From: Nitrospinota bacterium
GTDB taxonomy: Bacteria; UBA8248
Length of the DNA: 33,081 nucleotides
Assembly: GCA_030754595.1 (NCBI GenBank)
Contig: JASLZZ010000011.1
Span: forward strand, 1 to 33,081
Direction: 5' to 3'
Part shown: piece after piece, positions 28,116 through 33,081 of the stretch
Numbering within the stretch: position 1 is the stretch's first letter
Layout: each line of letters starts with the position of its first letter
Notes under the pieces: model-generated
Told to the model about the DNA's origin: nothing
What the model saw: the letters and a program-made list of their open reading frames with translations, nothing else
Database searches by the model: none
Made by a program: the position numbers and the translations under genes

Positions 28116-28946
28116 TCACCCCATCACAGCCCCCGAATCGACGAGAATCGCCTGTCCGGTGATGGTACACGCATCCTCGCTCGCCAGGAAAGCGGCCACC
28201 CTACCGATGTCCTCGGGGGTCTGCCCCCGCCCCAAGGGCGTCAAATCGACGAAATAGTCAAAGACCTCGCGGGGCGTCATTCCCTTGAGGTGGGGGATTT
28301 TTTCGCCGTAGAGCGGGGCCAGTTTCCGCCACATGGGGCTCCAAATCAGGCCCGGACAAACGGCGTTGGCGGTGATGCCATCACGGGCGGCTTCCCGGGC
28401 GAGGGCCTGGGTGAAATTGATGACCGCCGCCTTGGACGCGCTATAGTGCGCAATGGCCTCGGTACCCTGCCGGCCCGCGCGGGAGGAGATGTTAACGATC
28501 CGCCCCCATTTCGCCTCTTGCATGCCGGGTAGCGCCGCCCGGCACAAATGGAAAACGCCTTTGACGTTCACCTCGTAGGCGGCGTCCCAATCCTCGCTTG
28601 TGATATCCGAGAGCGGGAGGCCCAGCTTGAAATCAGGCCCGCCGATCACGCCCGCGTTGTTCACCAAAATATCGAGGCCGCCCAACTCTTCCCGGCTCCG
28701 TGCGACGGTGGCCTCGCAATCGTCGGCATCGGTGACATCGAGAGGAAGGGCGACCGCCTTCGCGCCGGCGGCCTCCAATTCCTCCCGGCAGGTGTCCGCA
28801 TCTTCAGGAGATATATCCGCCAACGCGAGGGAAGCGCCCTCCTCGGCGAGGCACCGGGCAATCCCCCGTCCGATCGACCCGCCGGCGCCGGTGACCAGCG
28901 CGGCGCGGCCTTCGAGTCTCCCCGTCCGGGCGGCGGCGCCCACCAT
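28116..28946 (-). CDS. Classical SDR oxidoreductase
   Basis: TGAGGSIG, NNAG, catalytic Ser (NISS), YSASK and ITGQ motifs. Asp after beta2 (LADI) suggests NAD(H). Confidence 0.92.
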   Translation of the reverse strand: MVGAAARTGRLEGRAALVTGAGGSIGRGIARCLAEEGASLALADISPEDADTCREELEAAGAKAVALPLDVTDADDCEATVARSREELGGLDILVNNAGVIGGPDFKLGLPLSDITSEDWDAAYEVNVKGVFHLCRAALPGMQEAKWGRIVNISSRAGRQGTEAIAHYSASKAAVINFTQALAREAARDGITANAVCPGLIWSPMWRKLAPLYGEKIPHLKGMTPREVFDYFVDLTPLGRGQTPEDIGRVAAFLASEDACTITGQAILVDSGAVMG

Positions 28947-28952
28947 GATCGG

Positions 28953-29360
28953 CTATTCCTCCGATCCGAAGCCCGACATCGTCCGGCCCTGAGCGATCCA
29001 CTCCTCATAGACCTTGATGCTTTCGAGCACGGCGGGGGCTCCGACATAGGTGAACATCTGGACGATGACCTCTAAAATCTCCCTGTCGGTGGCGCCATAG
29101 CTGGCCGCCGCCGAAAAGTGCGCCCGGAGCTGGTTGAACATTCCCGTCACGCAAAGAGCGGCGATGGCGCACAGCTCGCGGGTTTTGTGATCGATAACGT
29201 CGCGGTCGTAGAGCCCTCCGTGGACGCTGCGCTGGAAGATCATCGAAAATCCGGGATCAAGATTGTTGAGACGCTCGAAAAACGCTTCCGAATACCCCTC
29301 GCCGTATTGAGCGTCGCCGCGCTTTATCGCCGGGGGGTAGAATTTTTCATCATCCGTCAT
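28953..29360 (-). CDS. Carboxymuconolactone decarboxylase (CMD)-family protein
   Basis: R..ID.KTREL..IAAL, QLRAH..AA..GAT..EI.EVI.Q...YVGAP; no CxxC. Confidence 0.85.
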   Translation of the reverse strand: MTDDEKFYPPAIKRGDAQYGEGYSEAFFERLNNLDPGFSMIFQRSVHGGLYDRDVIDHKTRELCAIAALCVTGMFNQLRAHFSAAASYGATDREILEVIVQMFTYVGAPAVLESIKVYEEWIAQGRTMSGFGSEE

Positions 29361-29404
29361 CGGTTGTCTCCATTCTCAGGTGACTGGCCTATCGTCCTGC
29401 TGCC

Positions 29405-30331
29405 CTACGCCTCGACAACTGAGTTAACGAGACGCCCGAGACCCTCGACCTCGACCTCGACCACATCCCCCGGCTGGAGGAACGAGGGCACCTCCCGCGC
29501 GTAGCCCACGCCCGACGGCGTCCCGGTCAGGAAGATGTCGCCCGGCTCGAGCGTAAAGCCTTCGGAGAGCGAGGAAATCATCGCCGGAATGTCGTGGATC
29601 ATGTTCGCGGTGGAGGAGTCCTGCCTGAGATCGCCGTTCACCCAGCTTTTCACTGTCATGTTCATCGGATCCCCGTAATCTTCACGGGGAACGATATAAG
29701 GGCCGAGCGGGCAGGAATCGTCGAGGGTTTTTCCCTTGAAAATCTGTTTATGTCTCCGCTGGATGTCCCGGGCGGAGATATCGTTGGCGCAGCAGTAGCC
29801 GAAAATGTGATCGTAGACTTCATCTCTGGGAATATTGATCCCGCGCAGGCCGATGATGACGGCGATCTCGGCCTCGTAGTCGTACTTCTCCGAGCAGTTG
29901 TGCCTCGGAATCCCAGCCCCGTGGCCAATGAGGGTAGAGGGCGCCTTGGTGAAGAAAATCGGCTGGTCGAGCTCGACCTTGTCCGTTTTAACGTCCTTGG
30001 CCTGGAGCCCTTCGGCCACATGGTCCTTATAGTTGAGGCCCATGCAGAGGACATTTTTCCCCGGGCTGGGCACCGACGCCATGAACTTCACCTCGTCGGC
30101 GTCCACCAGAACCTCACTTAAATCAGCCGCCTTCTTCTCGGCCTCGGCGGCGAGCGCGCGTACCTTCGGGCCCAGCTCCCCCCAGTTTTCGATAAGCTCG
30201 ACCATCGAGGCCGGATTCAAGCTGCCGTCTCCAATCAGCCCCGAGAGCCGGGCGATATGTCCTATCTTCTCACCGACATAGATGCCGACGCGTGGAACCC
30301 CCCTGTAGTCGTATGTCAAAAGCCTGGTCAT
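29405..30331 (-). CDS. Fumarylacetoacetate hydrolase-family protein
   Basis: GLNYKDH, P.FFTK, DYEAE, ANDISARD, GK..D..CPLGP and TGTPSGVG motifs. Confidence 0.92.
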   Translation of the reverse strand: MTRLLTYDYRGVPRVGIYVGEKIGHIARLSGLIGDGSLNPASMVELIENWGELGPKVRALAAEAEKKAADLSEVLVDADEVKFMASVPSPGKNVLCMGLNYKDHVAEGLQAKDVKTDKVELDQPIFFTKAPSTLIGHGAGIPRHNCSEKYDYEAEIAVIIGLRGINIPRDEVYDHIFGYCCANDISARDIQRRHKQIFKGKTLDDSCPLGPYIVPREDYGDPMNMTVKSWVNGDLRQDSSTANMIHDIPAMISSLSEGFTLEPGDIFLTGTPSGVGYAREVPSFLQPGDVVEVEVEGLGRLVNSVVEA

Positions 30332-30409
30332 TTTGTCTCCTCAGGTTATTCGGCGCGGCCCGCCGGAGAAGAAGCCTCCCCCGGCGAAGACCGGCTACTT
30401 ATCTGTTAA

Positions 30410-31498
30410 TTACGAAGAAGAGAATTTCTTGATCGCCTCCGGGGTGAACTCGACGCCGTGGCCCGACGCGTCGGGCACCCGCATCATACCGTCCTTGGCC
30501 ACGAACTCTCGGGTGAGCGATCCCGCCGGAATCAGCTCCATGAACTCCACCATATACCCCCGCGGGGTGGCACCGACGAGACTGATCGAAACTTCGTGGA
30601 CGAGGTGACTGCTCAGTGAAATATTGAAGGCATCCGCCAGGTGGGCCACCTTCATGAACTCGGTGACACCGCCGCACCGGCAGACATCGGGCTGAAGATA
30701 GTCCACCGCCCGGCGCTCGCACAGCTCCCTAAAGCCCCAGCGCATATAATGATTCTCTCCCGCCCCGACCGGAACCATGCTCTTCTCGGCCACCTCGGCC
30801 AGATCGTCGATCGAGTCGGCGAGGACGGGCTCCTCGAACCAGGCGACGCCGTATTCGGCCAGCATGCAGGAGACCTCGATCGCCTCGCGCACGTTGAATT
30901 TCTGGTTCGCATCGGCGAACAAGGTAAAATCCTCGCCCAGCTCTTGCCGAAGGAGCGCCGTCCGCTCCTCGTCCCGATCAGTTCCGATCTTGAATTTATA
31001 TGCGCTGAACCCGCGGGAGGCGAAATCCTCCGCCTCGGCGACCAGTTCTGCATCGCTCAGGGTGTGCCATCCCCCGCTCGCGTAGACGGGAACATCGTCC
31101 CTGAAGCCGCCTAGAAGGCGGTGTAGCGGCAGGCCCGCCGCCTTGCCCACAATATCCCAGCAAGCGATATCCAGCGCCGATAGGGCCCACACCCCCAACC
31201 CGCCCCGCATGCGCGCCTTGTTCGGCCCCCATAGGCGCTGCCAGAACGCTTCGGGCGCCAGGGCATCCTGCCCAATGGCCAACGGAGCCAACTCGTTTTC
31301 GATGTAAGGGACGATGGCGGAGGTGGCGGCCCCGCCGAGGCCCATCGAAAATCCGGTTCCGCTTGGCCCGCCCTCGGTGTGGACGGTCACCACGGCGAAA
31401 TCGACATGCGTATAGGTGCCGAGCGCGCTTCCGATCGGCTTATCGAGCGGCAAGGGCATCGGCACCGCCTCGACGGCCCTGATTTTCAATTTCGGCAT
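30410..31498 (-). CDS. Mandelate racemase/muconate lactonizing enzyme family (MR subgroup, probable acid dehydratase)
   Basis: SALDIACWD, KxK (YKFK), metal ligands DAN/EEP/GEN, and the QPD...H dyad. Confidence 0.9.
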   Translation of the reverse strand: MPKLKIRAVEAVPMPLPLDKPIGSALGTYTHVDFAVVTVHTEGGPSGTGFSMGLGGAATSAIVPYIENELAPLAIGQDALAPEAFWQRLWGPNKARMRGGLGVWALSALDIACWDIVGKAAGLPLHRLLGGFRDDVPVYASGGWHTLSDAELVAEAEDFASRGFSAYKFKIGTDRDEERTALLRQELGEDFTLFADANQKFNVREAIEVSCMLAEYGVAWFEEPVLADSIDDLAEVAEKSMVPVGAGENHYMRWGFRELCERRAVDYLQPDVCRCGGVTEFMKVAHLADAFNISLSSHLVHEVSISLVGATPRGYMVEFMELIPAGSLTREFVAKDGMMRVPDASGHGVEFTPEAIKKFSSS

Positions 31499-31515
31499 CG
31501 CTCAAAAAATCTCCT

Positions 31516-32691
31516 CTAAAGGAAAGGCATGGTCCGAATCCGCATGGCCTGATTCGTTCCGTCCGAGTGAAGGAAGCTTGTCGCATCGCGCAGGTATTTT
31601 TCCATCGGCGCCTCCGTCATGTAGCCCATGCCCCCCCACACCTCGAGCGCTCGTGTGGCGATCCTGAAGGACGCCTCCGAAACAAAACACTTGGTCATGA
31701 AAGCAATCTTCGGATCATAGAGATCGTCCTGATTCGCTGTCCAGGCCGCGTAGTGAAGAAGGCGGCGCGAGGCTTCGTAGTCCGCAAAGCAGTCGGCGAG
31801 CAAAAATCCGACCGCCTGATGGTCGATAATCGGCTTCCCGCCCTGCACCCGGTTCCGCGCATACTCCAGCGCCTCCTCGTAGGCGGCCCGCGCCGTTCCC
31901 AATACGGTGGCCGCAGCCTCGATATTCGAGCCGCGCACGAATCGCTTGCGTTCCTCCATCGCCCCGTTCACCTTGGTCACCCGGTTGGCGTCTGGGACGC
32001 GGCAATTCTCGAATATCAACTCGGCGTTCTGCGAAAGGCGTTGGCCCATCTTTTCGTGAACGCGTCCGTACGTAAAACCTTCCATGTCGGGCGTGACGAT
32101 GAACAACGTCACTCCCTCGTTGACGCCCTTCGTTGTGTCGGTGCGGAACAAAATGAAATACAGCTTGGCGGCGCCGCCGTTACTGATGAAATGCTTCATG
32201 CCGTTGACCACCCAGTGATCGCCGTCGCGAACGGCGGTGGTCCGCATCCCGGCGTCGGGGCTGTTGTAGGGAACGATATTGTCTGATCCGGCGTTTGGCT
32301 CCGTCGAGCCGACGGCGAGGTGAAAGCGATGGTCCTCAAGAAACGCGGGCAAATACCGGGCGCGCTGTTCGTCATTCGCCAAGCGATGGAGGAAATGCGA
32401 AATCTTCCAGGTCTGATCGAAGGTGACGGCAATCCCCAAATCGCCCCAGGCGAGTTCCTCACCGACCAGGCACAGGGTCAGGACATCCGCTCCGGCGCCG
32501 CCCATCTCCTCGGGAAGAGCGAGGGTCCGGAGTCCCAGGCGGCTCCCCTTCTCCACCACCTCCCAGGGAAAGCGCAGGGCTGGATCGGCGATTTTCTCCT
32601 GCTCGTGGGCGATGGGCCGAATCTCCCGCTCGGCGAAGTCATGCGCCAACTTTTGGAGAGCTATCTGCTCGTCGGTGAGGCGAAAATCCAT
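31516..32691 (-). CDS. Acyl-CoA dehydrogenase-family flavoprotein with an atypical active site
   Basis: MDFRLTDEQ, TEPNAGSD, NGMKHFISNG, KMG, R.QGG.PI..HQ, GGMGY and RDA....SDGT motifs. Confidence 0.92.
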   Translation of the reverse strand: MDFRLTDEQIALQKLAHDFAEREIRPIAHEQEKIADPALRFPWEVVEKGSRLGLRTLALPEEMGGAGADVLTLCLVGEELAWGDLGIAVTFDQTWKISHFLHRLANDEQRARYLPAFLEDHRFHLAVGSTEPNAGSDNIVPYNSPDAGMRTTAVRDGDHWVVNGMKHFISNGGAAKLYFILFRTDTTKGVNEGVTLFIVTPDMEGFTYGRVHEKMGQRLSQNAELIFENCRVPDANRVTKVNGAMEERKRFVRGSNIEAAATVLGTARAAYEEALEYARNRVQGGKPIIDHQAVGFLLADCFADYEASRRLLHYAAWTANQDDLYDPKIAFMTKCFVSEASFRIATRALEVWGGMGYMTEAPMEKYLRDATSFLHSDGTNQAMRIRTMPFL

Positions 32692-32775
32692 GGGGAAACT
32701 CCTTTCACAAGAATAGACCGCGCAGATAGCCCTGACGGGCCGCCGCGCTAAAAAAAGGACATAAAATTTGAGGCG

Positions 32776-32804
32776 ATGGTATCCGCCCCCCCGGATTGGC
32801 GCAA
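32776..32804 (-). promoter_or_regulatory. Candidate sigma70 promoter of the ACAD-MR-FAH-CMD-SDR operon
   Basis: TTGCGC-17 bp-TACCAT on the minus strand, about 85 nt upstream of the ATG. Confidence 0.55.
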
Positions 32805-32891
32805 GGCCGCCAGGGGATAAAATCCTCCGAATCTCCCACTCTTCGGGGGGATCCGGGAGACGACTCCTCGATTCAATCCTTTTAAAATATT

Positions 32892-33081
32892 GGGAACCTC
32901 TAAAAACCGCCTAACTTCCCCCGGTTTTGTGTTATCGCAACATTTTAGCCACAATTCATACCCATTTTCCATTTTATCTTCGGTCATCGGAACTCCGAAG
33001 AGCCTCCCGATGGCCGGTTTTTCTCATGCGCGCGCAGGTATCCCGTCTCTGGCCAACCAGACAAGGCGGCGCATGTTGTAG
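32892..33081 (-). mobile_element. Downstream end of an IS5-family insertion sequence (continues beyond the window)
   Basis: GGGAACCTCTAAAAA (32892-32906) resembles IS5-subgroup terminal inverted repeats and lies about 120 bp past a transposase-like C-terminus. The interval is AT-richer than the flanking genes. Confidence 0.75.
33024..33080 (-). CDS. IS5-family DDE transposase, C-terminal 18 aa (partial)
   Basis: The minus strand reads YNMRRLVWLARDGIPARA*, matching the '(A)YNMRRL.WL' end of IS5-family transposases. Not in the ORF track. Confidence 0.72.
   Translation of the reverse strand, partial: YNMRRLVWLARDGIPARA

Noticed and set aside
32748..32987. 79-aa minus-strand ORF and the 32890-33081 plus-strand ORF
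   Set aside because: They span the IS end and promoter region and show no protein-family features.

Overview
GC-rich bacterial chromosomal window, probably from a Gram-negative organism (taxonomy cannot be fixed from sequence alone). It is mostly housekeeping and accessory metabolism. Left to right: the 3' part of a VOC/glyoxalase gene; an RhlE-like DExD-box helicase (DEGD motif, long structured leader); an EmrAB-type efflux pair; a DinB-family gene; a GldA/GldF/GldG-like ABC operon with a DUF4340 protein; a stand-alone AcoX-like NAD-kinase-fold gene; a + strand run of glycerate 2-kinase, DUF3047, pyk, ROK kinase and DUF3108; a DtxR/MntR-family regulator heading an Fe3+ ABC transporter (FbpABC/FutABC); an M23 peptidase-secA-lipoprotein operon; a five-gene catabolic operon (acyl-CoA dehydrogenase, mandelate racemase-like enzyme, FAH, CMD, SDR); and, at the right edge, the end of an IS5-family element that the ORF track misses. 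No rRNA, tRNA or CRISPR was seen, and there is no clear-cut novel defence-type system. The best leads are (1) the DtxR-like regulator, which has a degenerate metal site, a four-Cys tail and a near-perfect 28-bp palindrome over its promoter, and (2) the catabolic operon, whose acyl-CoA dehydrogenase has Asp in place of the catalytic Glu. All family calls come from motif recognition by eye, not database searches.
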